A DNA stretch of 64,000 nucleotides from a bacterium. GTDB lineage: Bacteria; Electryoneota; JAOADG01. Positions within the stretch are counted from its first letter, which is position 1; every line of letters begins with the position of its first letter. The stretch spans positions 3,168,001 to 3,232,000 of the forward strand of contig OY820579.1 of the NCBI GenBank assembly GCA_963681965.1, in the 5' to 3' direction. The notes under the pieces were generated by a model that had not been told where the DNA came from, ran no database searches, and saw only the letters and a program-made list of their open reading frames with translations. The translations under genes and the position numbers were made by a program. Of this stretch, positions 8,520 to 18,063 are shown one piece after another.

Positions 8520-10604
8520 CTATTCTTCTTCAGCCTGACCTGCCTTCTTCGCGGCAAATGCTTCTTCAAGCTTCTTCTGGATGTCGCCCGGCACTTCTTC
8601 GTAGTGCGAGAACTTCACCCGGAACACACCCCGACCACCCGTCATCGAGCGGAGCGTCGTCGTGTACTTCATGATTTCCGCTTGTGGTACTTTCGCACGG
8701 ATTTCCTGCGTATGACCGACGGTATCCATGCCCATGATCTTGCCGCGACGGGAAGAAAGATCGCCCATCACATCGCCCATGAACTGCTCCGGAACTTTCA
8801 CTTCGAGATCGAAGATCGGTTCGAGAATGGTCGGACGCGCCTTCTTGGCGGCTTCGCGGAAACCCTTGATACCAGCCAACCGGAACGAGGTTTCGTCGGA
8901 GTCGACCGGGTGTTCTTTACCGTCGAACAGCGTGGCTTTCACACCGATCATCGGATAACCGGCAACAACGCCCTTTGCCATTGCTTCGGTAATACCCTTT
9001 TCCACCGCCGGGATAAATCGACCGCTGACCACACCGCCGACGATCGCGTCGACGAACTCGAGCGCTACCCCTTCGCGTTCCTTCGGTTCAATCCTGAGCC
9101 ATGCGACTGCGAATTGTCCACGACCACCGGATTGTTTCTTATGCTTCCCTTCCGCTTCGGAGTTGCCGCGAATCGCTTCGCGATACGGTAACCGTGGATC
9201 GGAGGTTTCGACTTCGACGCCGACCTTTTCCTTCAATCGCGCCAGCGCAATCTGAAGGTGAACATCGCCCTGACCACTGACGATGGTCTGTCCCAACTCG
9301 GCATCCTGATGATACAAGAATGTCGGATCTTCGAAGTGACACATCGTCAAACCGGTCGACAATTTATCTTCACTGCCTTTGTTCTTGCATTCGATCGCTA
9401 GATGAAATACTGGCGGTGGATAGTCGACGCGCTTCACTTTCACGACTTTCGAGGAATCGCACAGCGTATCGCCAGTCGCAGTTTCTTTCAGCTTGATCGT
9501 ACCGGCGATTTCACCGCATGATACCGATTCGACCACCTTGCGGTTCTTGCCGTTGAGTAAAAATATCTGGGCAATCTTCTCCGACTTGCCAGTATGGGAA
9601 TTGGTATATTCTTCACCAGTCTTCACCGTACCGGACCAAACACGGAAGATCGAAATATCGCCGACATGCGATTCATTGGCGGATTTGAAGATTTGCGCGA
9701 TAGCTTTGCCGTTCACATCCTGTTTGACCGAAGTGCCGTCTTCCAACACAACTGGTTGAGCATCGGCGGGAGATGGACAAAACTCTGTGATCATATCCAA
9801 CAGTAAATTGGCACCAATATTCTTGCGTGCCGATCCACTCAAAATAGGATATACTTTACCACGCAGAATGCCCAGTCGAAGACCGCGATTCAACTCTTCT
9901 TCATTCAGTTCGCCGGTATCGAAATACTTCTCGATCAGTTCGTCGTCGGCTTCGGCAGCGCTTTCAATCAACGCTTGGCGTAATTCATCGGCTTTATCTT
10001 TGTATTGTGCGGGAATATCCGAAATGACGCTCTTACCGGAACCATCTTTCCAGGTATGAAGCTTCATCCGCACGATATCGATAACTTCGGCGAACGTTTC
10101 CTTACCACTCCCGACCGGATAATTTACCGCAACGCAGCCAGTACCGTAGGTTTCGCGCAACTGGTCGTAAATCTTGTCGAAATTTGCGTTTTCACGATCC
10201 ATCGAATTGGCGAAAAAGATCGTGCCGATCCCCTGTGCTTTCGCTGCTTCATAGGCATGATCGGTACCGACTTCAACACCACCGACACCGTGAATCGTTG
10301 CAACGATTGCATCTGCGGCTTTAAATCCACTCAACATCTCACCAACGAAATCGGAGAAACCGGGAGTGTCAATCAGATTCACCCGATGACTTTCCCATTC
10401 CAAATTTAAAATGGTCGTGGCAATGGAAATCTTGCGGTCGATTTCGTCTTTACGGTAATCGGAAACTGTGTTGCCTTCGTCGACCGAACCTTGACGGCTG
10501 ATCGCACCTGAAGTGTGAAGCATTGCTTCGATAAGACTGGTTTTTCCGGATCCGCTGTGTCCTGCGAATGCGATATTGCGGATTTTCTCAACTGGGAACG
10601 CCAA
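8520..10604 (-). CDS. fusA2: Elongation factor G paralogue (EF-G2-type)
   Basis: 694 aa with full EF-G architecture: GHSGSGKT, DTPGFSDF, KKQSGGRGQF, HPVDS, LRSMTGGRG; TTG start behind GAGGAGG; not in an str operon. Confidence 0.9.
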   Translation of the reverse strand: MAFPVEKIRNIAFAGHSGSGKTSLIEAMLHTSGAISRQGSVDEGNTVSDYRKDEIDRKISIATTILNLEWESHRVNLIDTPGFSDFVGEMLSGFKAADAIVATIHGVGGVEVGTDHAYEAAKAQGIGTIFFANSMDRENANFDKIYDQLRETYGTGCVAVNYPVGSGKETFAEVIDIVRMKLHTWKDGSGKSVISDIPAQYKDKADELRQALIESAAEADDELIEKYFDTGELNEEELNRGLRLGILRGKVYPILSGSARKNIGANLLLDMITEFCPSPADAQPVVLEDGTSVKQDVNGKAIAQIFKSANESHVGDISIFRVWSGTVKTGEEYTNSHTGKSEKIAQIFLLNGKNRKVVESVSCGEIAGTIKLKETATGDTLCDSSKVVKVKRVDYPPPVFHLAIECKNKGSEDKLSTGLTMCHFEDPTFLYHQDAELGQTIVSGQGDVHLQIALARLKEKVGVEVETSDPRLPYREAIRGNSEAEGKHKKQSGGRGQFAVAWLRIEPKEREGVALEFVDAIVGGVVSGRFIPAVEKGITEAMAKGVVAGYPMIGVKATLFDGKEHPVDSDETSFRLAGIKGFREAAKKARPTILEPIFDLEVKVPEQFMGDVMGDLSSRRGKIMGMDTVGHTQEIRAKVPQAEIMKYTTTLRSMTGGRGVFRVKFSHYEEVPGDIQKKLEEAFAAKKAGQAEEE

Positions 10605-10847
10605 GGAGTACCTCCTCTATGAGTTTTCTGATAATTATAGACTGGTAAAGATAAGATTCGATTTTGTCTACAGCAAGTGGGAGTGTGAGTCAGGAAGAAG
10701 ATCGATCTCGTGCTTCAGATCGCAATCAATCCAAATCATCCGTTACATCATTAAGCATCTAATTTCTATTAATACAAATAATTAATAACTAGCAATGAGA
10801 GACTGCAACGATTATAAAAGAGTTTAGACTGACTGATCTTAGGAAGA

Positions 10848-12521
10848 TTATCGGTAGAACACATCCGAACGGAGCGACAAGATCATTTCCAGTTGTTGAA
10901 AGACAAAGCTGTTTGCGAGCACGATAATGCCGTATTCTCGTTTCAAATCGTCCACGAGTTTGGCAAGAGGAATGCTTTTCATTGCTTCGGTCGTCGGATT
11001 GGATCGCATTTCGCGGATTCGATTCCGGGCAAATAGCGGAACCTGTCGCTTGAGGAAATCGGAGGTTTTCGCCTTGCTGGCATATTGAGCTGGTGAGTAT
11101 CCTGCTGCCAATCGCGCCAGATACAGGTCATGGTTGTTGTTCTGTATCAGTCGATTGATCGAACTGTTATCGACAAAAAGCGGTGTATTCGATCGGACAA
11201 ATTGGAATAACGGGTAATTCACAAGTGGTGCAACAAAATTGCCATACTTGTTTTCAGCCGAGATCCGGTTGGAATAAAGTGTTGGAACGTAGATATGGCG
11301 GATGTACGATGCGAAAGTCGTTCGAGTCAGATGGTCGATTTGGGCAATCTCACCCATTTGCGAGGCGATACTCTCGATTAATTTCGTTCGATACTTCCGG
11401 TGCGTGAAGTCAACCGAATAGTGAATTAAGTAATAGTCGACATATTCGGACAGTGCCGATGAAAACCAGGGGAGATTGCATTTATTCCGAAGGATCTCGC
11501 CACCAATTCCACTCAGCGATAACTGCGAAGCACCGACGATTAAATTTTTGTAATGCTTCGAGTAATTGTATTTGCGTAAGTCAGTCGACAAGGCGATCTG
11601 GTAATCGAAATAGGAAAATGCATCCCGAATGGTTTCGTCGGTTCGATCGAGTGTCGTACCATCAATATAATTCAGTTTGAAATTCAACAGCTTCGATAAT
11701 TCTTGCGCGATCGTCAAATCGGGATCTTTGAGCTTGTAAATCGTGTGGAAATTGACGCTCGCGTGCAATTTCAGCAAATATGAAATCAATAATCGGCTAT
11801 CATATCCCCCTGAAGTTCCAATATCGCATAGCCGGTCGTTACTCGCGAGCAATAAACTTCGTTGAATGGAATTCTGCAGCAATTCGTGAAGCTCATCAAC
11901 CGTGTTAGATTTGTCATTTTGTGAATCTCGCGATGGCTTGGAAATGTCGATGACTGATATGTTACCAGTCGAATCTTTAAGATCGCTTTCAGTTAATTTT
12001 TTTATGCCGGAGATATAAGTCGAAGCACCAACCACGCCGCCAATCGTTACCAGTTCCGATACCGCTGCCAGATCGATTTCATTTTTCGAGCGTATGTTCA
12101 GCAACAGTTCGAACGAGTTCGATACTAGTCCAAATTCGCCTTCGAAAAATACCATATATCCGCTGGATCGATCGATGATTATTTCAAGTTGATTGGTCGC
12201 ATAGTGGAATGATACAATAGCAAAATGCCCAAAGAAGTTGTCCGGTTTTAATTGTTTCTTGTCGATATCGTCAATCAACTGCTCGGTAGCTGATTGAAGT
12301 AAATTCCCTTTGTAAAGACAAGAACCAAAAACAAATAAATTATCTGCGAAACGCGGATTGCGTTGTGAAAGATTCTGGTTTTCTTTTTCTGAATAAATTA
12401 ACGAATATTCGCCCAGCTTAACTTCAGTGACTTTTTGGGTGCTGTCGGAATTGTACTGTTGCTTGATCTTCTGTTGAATCGCTTCCGGTAGGTTTTGTCG
12501 ATATAATATGAATCTTTCCAT
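10848..12521 (-). CDS. Asparagine-synthetase-like PP-loop protein
   Basis: SGGYDSR PP-loop and SGIGGE motif; N-terminal region with FFGHFAIV/IDRSSGY resembling a degenerate Ntn domain without the N-terminal Cys. Confidence 0.6.
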   Translation of the reverse strand: MERFILYRQNLPEAIQQKIKQQYNSDSTQKVTEVKLGEYSLIYSEKENQNLSQRNPRFADNLFVFGSCLYKGNLLQSATEQLIDDIDKKQLKPDNFFGHFAIVSFHYATNQLEIIIDRSSGYMVFFEGEFGLVSNSFELLLNIRSKNEIDLAAVSELVTIGGVVGASTYISGIKKLTESDLKDSTGNISVIDISKPSRDSQNDKSNTVDELHELLQNSIQRSLLLASNDRLCDIGTSGGYDSRLLISYLLKLHASVNFHTIYKLKDPDLTIAQELSKLLNFKLNYIDGTTLDRTDETIRDAFSYFDYQIALSTDLRKYNYSKHYKNLIVGASQLSLSGIGGEILRNKCNLPWFSSALSEYVDYYLIHYSVDFTHRKYRTKLIESIASQMGEIAQIDHLTRTTFASYIRHIYVPTLYSNRISAENKYGNFVAPLVNYPLFQFVRSNTPLFVDNSSINRLIQNNNHDLYLARLAAGYSPAQYASKAKTSDFLKRQVPLFARNRIREMRSNPTTEAMKSIPLAKLVDDLKREYGIIVLANSFVFQQLEMILSLRSDVFYR

Positions 12522-12587
12522 CTTGCTCTCTAAATTAGTTTCTTCTTCGATTTATAAGCTATGTTCAATCAAAAGCGGCAGACGAAG

Positions 12588-13301
12588 TCAGCGTTTCTGC
12601 GCTTCCCGAATGACATCGCGAAAGAACCCGATCACTCCTGCACGTTGACCGAGATCGACAATAAACGCCGGAACACTTCCCCCGAGATTTAAATACACCC
12701 GGTAGGTAATTTTATAATTGTTGTTACCGCAGGGAACGCAGATCCAACTGCCGGCGCCGTAATCCATATACACTGGTTTACTGTGGATACTCGGGTCGTT
12801 GTGTTCATATTTTGCCAACTGTGGCGTTTCAGGAATCAGTACCCATTCGATCCGAGTCGTATCGGGGTGACCTAAGCTTGTGCGTGTATTCAATTGGAAA
12901 AAACAGTGTCGATCGGATATGATCGGTACTTTCATATAATGATACCCAACCACTCCGGTACTATCTGATGAAACTTGCCGAGCGTCGATTAAGTACTTGG
13001 AATTCGAGATAAATTCCCGATAGCGATTAATGTTCATAATCACTTCGGATATTTTGCCCGGTTGAATCTTAACAATACGGGAAACCTGCATTCCCCGAAG
13101 TGAGGAACCCGGAATTGGTTTCATCGCGACTACCATACCATCGGAATAAGTTTTGGTAATTTTCCAGCCGTCTTGATCGAAGATAGGAATAATGTCTTTC
13201 GAAAAAAGACTGGAAGCCCAACTTAATCCAACAATGATTGTCGAAATCGCAAGAAGAATGAGACGTCGCTTATGCAATGATTCAAGCTCAATCGATAACA
13301 C
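12588..13301 (-). CDS. START/SRPBCC domain lipid-binding protein with N-terminal signal/anchor
   Basis: GWK...DGMVV, VPIISDR, GSW..., 'YRVYLNLGGSVPAFIV' START-like C-terminal motif; hydrophobic N-terminus; start uncertain. Confidence 0.7.
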   Translation of the reverse strand: MLSIELESLHKRRLILLAISTIIVGLSWASSLFSKDIIPIFDQDGWKITKTYSDGMVVAMKPIPGSSLRGMQVSRIVKIQPGKISEVIMNINRYREFISNSKYLIDARQVSSDSTGVVGYHYMKVPIISDRHCFFQLNTRTSLGHPDTTRIEWVLIPETPQLAKYEHNDPSIHSKPVYMDYGAGSWICVPCGNNNYKITYRVYLNLGGSVPAFIVDLGQRAGVIGFFRDVIREAQKR

Positions 13302-13319
13302 ACAAATACTATATTCTCC

Positions 13320-13417
13320 CTTGAAAATGAATTGTTATCGGTAGTAGGGGCGGACCCCCGTGTCCGCCCGCAGGTCAGGCGAAGCCTGACTCCGAATCAT
13401 GACAACTAATTTTCAAG
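13320..13417 (+). repeat. Composite GTAG-REP/MITE-like element, copy 2 (short, best preserved)
   Basis: Ends cttgaaaatgaattgttat and atgacaactaattttcaag match 16/19 as an inverted repeat; inside are gtaggggcggacccccgtgtccgccc and gtcaggcgaagcctgac hairpins. Confidence 0.85.
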
Positions 13418-13521
13418 AACACATCACTAGAGAATAACAAAAAAAAAGTTCGAGGCAAAATCGCGAGAATAAAGGCGACCAAAAACGCTTGATCGCCTTG
13501 TGAACAATGGAAAGCTAGAAC

Positions 13522-14676
13522 TTACCAGCCGATACTGATTTGTGCGAAATGCTTATAAGAAGGCAACTGTCCGGGCTGCGTCCCCAATTCTTCCCCGAAA
13601 TAGGTATAATCGAGTTTTAATACGAATAGGTCCAATCCAAATCCATATGTCGGATAACCTTGATTAAAACCGCCGCGAAATGCGAATCGTTTCAATAACG
13701 TCGCTTCTGTACCCATGTGCCATTTGTAAAAGAAGCTGGTTCCATGTCCGTTCAGTAAATCCGAGATTTCACCTACTGCAACCCAGCGCGAAACAATTTT
13801 GTCTTCCGGAATCAGTTGTTGTCGAACATCGTATTTACTTCCGATGACAATATTGGGTGTCAGGTATTTACCATCGAATATGCCGATTGCATCGTGCATC
13901 ACGGCAGCCAACTCTACTCGATCGTTGAGTTTGTGAATGCCGCCGATATCGAAACTAATTCCGGTCTTAGCATTCGAAAAATCGTCCTTGACTTGATTCA
14001 CCATTTCTTTGTCGCTATTCACTTTGGTACCACTCAACCATTTGATCGGAACATCGCGTTGATTGAGATATTTACCGGAAATACCGTATTCGATTGTTCG
14101 ATCTTTATCAAACAGATAGAACGTTTTTTCCGATCCATATCCAACGTAAAGAACACTCTGCGAAACACCTTGCAGTGCGACCATTGGATTGAAGATACCG
14201 CGATTCAATTTCGCTTGTGGAAAAGTCTGATTTGCGAAAACAATCCCAAAATGCGACCAGGTTACGCCAATTTGAGGTGCAATTCCTAGTTTTAACCATT
14301 GGTCGTCGAACTTCTCCATCGAATTTAGGAATTCGGCTTGCTTTTGTTGCGTTTCGAGTTTCCGTTGAGTAGGATCAGGATTGGAAGAAAGCGAGTCAAA
14401 GTGACCGAATTCCTCTTGATGATCCTTCACAAATTTTGCCATCTCGGTAAATTGATTATCGGCGATAAAACCGAGATTGACCAGATCGATGCCAAATTTT
14501 GCCCGATTCAATAGTGCTGGATTGTAAATCACCGCCGAAGTATTGTACCCATACAGCGAAGTGGCACCGCCCATCCCCATTTCAGCCGCACCCTTTCTAT
14601 AATTCGGCAGGCTCGTACCGCTGGAAATCGCTGATAACAAACAAATTAACGTAAATATTGCAAGGAGCTTCTTCAT
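13522..14676 (-). CDS. Outer-membrane beta-barrel of TraF-like/FadL-PorV-like type
   Basis: Signal peptide; 'GAAEMGMGGA...IYNPALL' N-terminal plug motif; 'RGGFNQGYPTYGFGLDL..LKLDY'; C-terminal aromatic residue (ISIGW). Confidence 0.75.
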   Translation of the reverse strand: MKKLLAIFTLICLLSAISSGTSLPNYRKGAAEMGMGGATSLYGYNTSAVIYNPALLNRAKFGIDLVNLGFIADNQFTEMAKFVKDHQEEFGHFDSLSSNPDPTQRKLETQQKQAEFLNSMEKFDDQWLKLGIAPQIGVTWSHFGIVFANQTFPQAKLNRGIFNPMVALQGVSQSVLYVGYGSEKTFYLFDKDRTIEYGISGKYLNQRDVPIKWLSGTKVNSDKEMVNQVKDDFSNAKTGISFDIGGIHKLNDRVELAAVMHDAIGIFDGKYLTPNIVIGSKYDVRQQLIPEDKIVSRWVAVGEISDLLNGHGTSFFYKWHMGTEATLLKRFAFRGGFNQGYPTYGFGLDLFVLKLDYTYFGEELGTQPGQLPSYKHFAQISIGW

Positions 14677-15725
14677 TTCGAACCTCCCGGGCGATGAGCG
14701 AAGAGAGTATCGATATATCCGGGACGGCGGACACGCATTGTATCAACCCACGCAATCGTCCAAGGTCGAAGCGGACGACCATTAAGTGAATCAATTACCG
14801 AGCCCGCGGCATCGTGTCCTTGAGTGACACCAGACACCGAACGGATATCATGGATATTGGAACCGAAATAGAATTTTACCCCTTCCATCCCAAGGATAGC
14901 GGCATCGATGTAACCATCATGGTCATTATCGACACCATCGGCGATTTTATACTGTGCGAGTGAGTTCTTCAACTCTTGAGCATTCTTTTTGAGATTTCCG
15001 GCACTATATCCCGTCGTATCGCCACCGAGGATGTTGTCGAGAACATCAACCAGGATGTCGGCTAGTTCTCCGGAATCATCGATCAAACCATTGACACCGG
15101 CTGCACCGCCTGATCGATACAAAGCAAAAATACTATCGATATTGAATGACCCAAGGTTGGCAATAATCCTGATACGAACATCTAAATCATTAATGGATTT
15201 ATCGCGATTGTTATCGCGAAATTGCATTAAACCTGTAACGATCTGTGAGATTCCGTAATCGAGAGCAATGTCTCTCTTGTGAATAGATCCTGAAGTAGTA
15301 CCCTGAAAGATCGGTTTCAACATGTAAATCACTTCGTCCAATGCTTGGTAAAGTGAATTGGCGCGCGGATTGGGCCAGTTGTTGTTATCCGTTAAAAAGA
15401 ACGGAACCGTTATCTGAGTACCCTGTATATCCAGTCGTGATAATGTCGTCAACACATCTAACGAATTGATCCCTGAAGTTAATAGTCGCGCTTTCGCAGC
15501 AGAGTACCTGGCTTCGGAGGAATTCGGATCTTCGCGAACGGCATTACGAAAATCGTCCAGAGCACCATTAAAATCGCCATCATTCAATTTACGGCGACCT
15601 TCGTTGAGATAGTCCCCGGCACTGGATGGTTTTGCCGACCATCCGAAAAGATTACAGCCTATTGCAGCAAACGACAGCGTTACCAATAGGCACCAAAACA
15701 CAAATCGTTTCATACTATTCTCCAT
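14673..15725 (-). CDS. TPR-containing lipoprotein
   Basis: Lipobox AAIGC; TPR 'YLNEGRRKLNDGDFNGALDDFRNAVREDPNSSEARY'; DGVDNDHDGYID Ca-binding-like loop; overlaps the barrel gene by 4 bp. Confidence 0.7.
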   Translation of the reverse strand: MENSMKRFVFWCLLVTLSFAAIGCNLFGWSAKPSSAGDYLNEGRRKLNDGDFNGALDDFRNAVREDPNSSEARYSAAKARLLTSGINSLDVLTTLSRLDIQGTQITVPFFLTDNNNWPNPRANSLYQALDEVIYMLKPIFQGTTSGSIHKRDIALDYGISQIVTGLMQFRDNNRDKSINDLDVRIRIIANLGSFNIDSIFALYRSGGAAGVNGLIDDSGELADILVDVLDNILGGDTTGYSAGNLKKNAQELKNSLAQYKIADGVDNDHDGYIDAAILGMEGVKFYFGSNIHDIRSVSGVTQGHDAAGSVIDSLNGRPLRPWTIAWVDTMRVRRPGYIDTLFAHRPGGSK

Positions 15726-15949
15726 ATTATTTAACCTGAGTAATTTAACGAATCTCCTGTGAGTGTATCAACGAATTCTATCGAAATTGATTTTCTATGT
15801 GTCCCGTAACAAGTCTTAACTTAATAATTTACATTTCACTCGATTTGATATTTCAATTTGCCAGATTTTCCCGTAATATGGAAGGTTCATCATTCAACTT
15901 GGCTAGCCGATCGAAATTCAATGTTTTACATCAACCGATGGAGATTGCA

Positions 15950-16465
15950 ATGTCCAATATCGTTACGAAAGCCTTTGCTGAACACTACAAGAATATGACC
16001 GATTGGGTCAATTGGCAAGTCGAAGATCTCAGTGACGAAGAATTGAAACAGGCGCCTGCACCAAATTTAAATCACGGCGTATGGTTACTGGGACATCTAG
16101 TGGTTTCCGATGATGATCTGGGGGTCATGTTAGGAAAAGGAAATCGCCTCTTTCCTGAGCTATTTCCAACCTTCGGGATGAATTCACCCTGTCTTGATCC
16201 CAATAGTTATCCTCCAGCTAGTGAATTAAAGAAGCTCTGGAAACAAGTCTATGAGCGGAATATTCAACTTCTGACCGATCTGTCCGATGAAGAACTGGAA
16301 GAACCTCATGCTCGAGTCAAAGATCCTGAGACCGATTTCTTCAAAACGAAAAAAAAGGTAGTTTCCTTCTGGATCCTGCACCAGCAATATCATGCAGGAC
16401 AGTTAGGTTTACTTAATGCGAAAATTGTCAAAGAACGACCGCAAACCGAAGGAAAACCCGAATGA
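15950..16465 (+). CDS. DinB/YfiT (S-transferase-like) family protein
   Basis: NHGVWLLGHL and HQQYHAGQL metal-binding His pattern; GGAG RBS before ATG 15950. Confidence 0.85.
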   Translation: MSNIVTKAFAEHYKNMTDWVNWQVEDLSDEELKQAPAPNLNHGVWLLGHLVVSDDDLGVMLGKGNRLFPELFPTFGMNSPCLDPNSYPPASELKKLWKQVYERNIQLLTDLSDEELEEPHARVKDPETDFFKTKKKVVSFWILHQQYHAGQLGLLNAKIVKERPQTEGKPE

Positions 16466-16971
16466 GTTGGGAACAAGACAATCCGGTTACATATCGCTTC
16501 TTTCTACAATGGAAAGACATGATCCAATGGGGTTCGAACTATCTGAACCTTCTTACCGATGACGATTTATTACTACCGATCGCACCGGGTCGAAATCACG
16601 CGCTCTGGGTTCTCGGTCATTTGATTGAATCCGAAGATGAACTATCGAAATATCTCGGACACGGCGAAATGCGCTTTCCCGAATATGAAACACTATTCGG
16701 TATGAACAGTCAACTGCTGACTCCCGACCAATACCCATCGCCCAAGCAATTACGCGAACAATGGGTAAAAGTAATTCATAAGAATACCCGACTTTTCCAT
16801 GCTATTCGCGACGCCGAGTGGGATGAACCCCACGCGCTAATCAAAGGAAAACCGGAAGACGATTTCTACGGCTGGAAAGGTCGTTGTATCCATTTGTGGA
16901 TCATTCATTCACATTATCACTTCGGTCAGATCGCGATTCTTCTTGCAACATTGAAGAAATCGAAATACTGA
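16462..16971 (+). CDS. DinB family protein (paralogue of upstream gene)
   Basis: NHALWVLGHL, HSHYHFGQI; clearly similar to the preceding ORF; ATGA overlap. Confidence 0.85.
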   Translation: MSWEQDNPVTYRFFLQWKDMIQWGSNYLNLLTDDDLLLPIAPGRNHALWVLGHLIESEDELSKYLGHGEMRFPEYETLFGMNSQLLTPDQYPSPKQLREQWVKVIHKNTRLFHAIRDAEWDEPHALIKGKPEDDFYGWKGRCIHLWIIHSHYHFGQIAILLATLKKSKY

Positions 16972-16984
16972 CCCCGGAATCAAG

Positions 16985-17007
16985 CAAGGGCGCAATTTGC
17001 GCCCTTG
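16985..17007. terminator. Hairpin between convergent genes, probably a bidirectional terminator
   Basis: caagggcgcaa-t-ttgcgcccttg perfect inverted repeat. Confidence 0.65.
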
Positions 17008-17029
17008 TAAAATTTCTGGATATTTAAAA

Positions 17030-17881
17030 TTACTTCAGAAAAACCAGCTTCAAATCCTCGCGATAAGAGTTACCGACGATTCTTACAAAGTACAATCCAC
17101 TATGCATATTTCGACCACTCAATTGAAAAGTCTTGACATCGGTTGATAACGATCCGCGGTATAATTCTTGTACCAATCGACCAGTCAAATCGTAAATAGC
17201 GATCGATGCATCTTGCGAAATCGGCGCTTTTACCCGAATCGTTGTTGTCGGATTGAATGGATTGGGATATGCTGACAGGATCGAATAATTTTTTGGCAAA
17301 TCACCGAAATCATCGCGAACCGAATTAACCTGCGTTTCACTCACTGTCGCAGTTCGGGTGTAGATATAGTCGCTTCGACTCGAGTTGTCGTTATTTGCCG
17401 CATTTCCTGCGAAATAGAAAATTACCGGACCGGAACCAGCCGCTGGTGCTGTCCAAGCAAACTGCCAGGATACTGGACCATTCTGAGTACCCCCAAATGT
17501 ACCTTGAGTAGTATGTTTCAAATATTCGGGTGAAGTACCCGTCGAAGTGGATAACTGAGTCAGAGTTCGAAATGATACATTCAATGTACCGCCCCGTGCA
17601 GAAGGTCGACTCTGTAGCACCGGAGATAGTTCGAATCCCCAGCGTGATTGACCGGATTGACTTAGCGACAAGGTTAAATTATATACTTCACCGGGTGTAT
17701 ATCCGGCACTTGGAAGACCCGATAAGATCATAGAACCACTACCGGAATTAACCGGGAAGGTTCCGTGACACGAGACGCAAGACGTTGGATTGCCGACCAT
17801 ACCATCGGGCGGACCATCCGGATAAGCGAAACTAACAGTGGCGATAACGAGAACGATTAATATGAACCCTACTACTTTCAT
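17030..17881 (-). CDS. Secreted Reeler-like (choice-of-anchor V) domain protein with T9SS-type C-terminal domain
   Basis: Signal peptide, CVSCH motif, 'WQFAWTAP...FYFAGNAAN...DYIY', C-terminal AYPNPFNPTTTI...SGLYFVR...KLVFLK. Confidence 0.85.
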   Translation of the reverse strand: MKVVGFILIVLVIATVSFAYPDGPPDGMVGNPTSCVSCHGTFPVNSGSGSMILSGLPSAGYTPGEVYNLTLSLSQSGQSRWGFELSPVLQSRPSARGGTLNVSFRTLTQLSTSTGTSPEYLKHTTQGTFGGTQNGPVSWQFAWTAPAAGSGPVIFYFAGNAANNDNSSRSDYIYTRTATVSETQVNSVRDDFGDLPKNYSILSAYPNPFNPTTTIRVKAPISQDASIAIYDLTGRLVQELYRGSLSTDVKTFQLSGRNMHSGLYFVRIVGNSYREDLKLVFLK

Positions 17882-17993
17882 GGTCTCCCCCAATAATATA
17901 TATCTCTCGAATATACATAATGTAAACACAGTAATTTGAAAAGTTGTCTAAATATATTACGACAAGCGACTAGCAATCTGTTGGTGAAATGGT

Positions 17994-18018
17994 AAAAAAA
18001 AAATGGTGCCGAAGCACC
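17994..18018 (-). terminator. Terminator after folE
   Basis: Minus strand ggtgc-ttcg-gcacc followed by a long U-run. Confidence 0.75.
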
Positions 18019-18063
18019 TCAAGATTTTTTTCGAATGATTAACAACATCGTGTAAGTAATACT

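Noticed and set aside
10848-12521. Lasso peptide gene cluster
   Set aside because: No B1/B2 protease or RRE gene and no convincing precursor peptide adjacent
13522-14676. TraF-like barrel as evidence of a conjugative element
   Set aside because: No relaxase, VirB4/TraC, coupling protein, integrase or att sites nearby; this barrel family is commonly chromosomal
17770-17790. CVSCH as a respiratory c-type cytochrome
   Set aside because: A single CxxCH at this position is usual in choice-of-anchor V/Reeler-like secreted proteins; no electron-transfer context
18004-18018. tggtgccgaag resembling a tRNA 3' end (att remnant)
   Set aside because: Fully explained as the UUCG-capped terminator hairpin of folE
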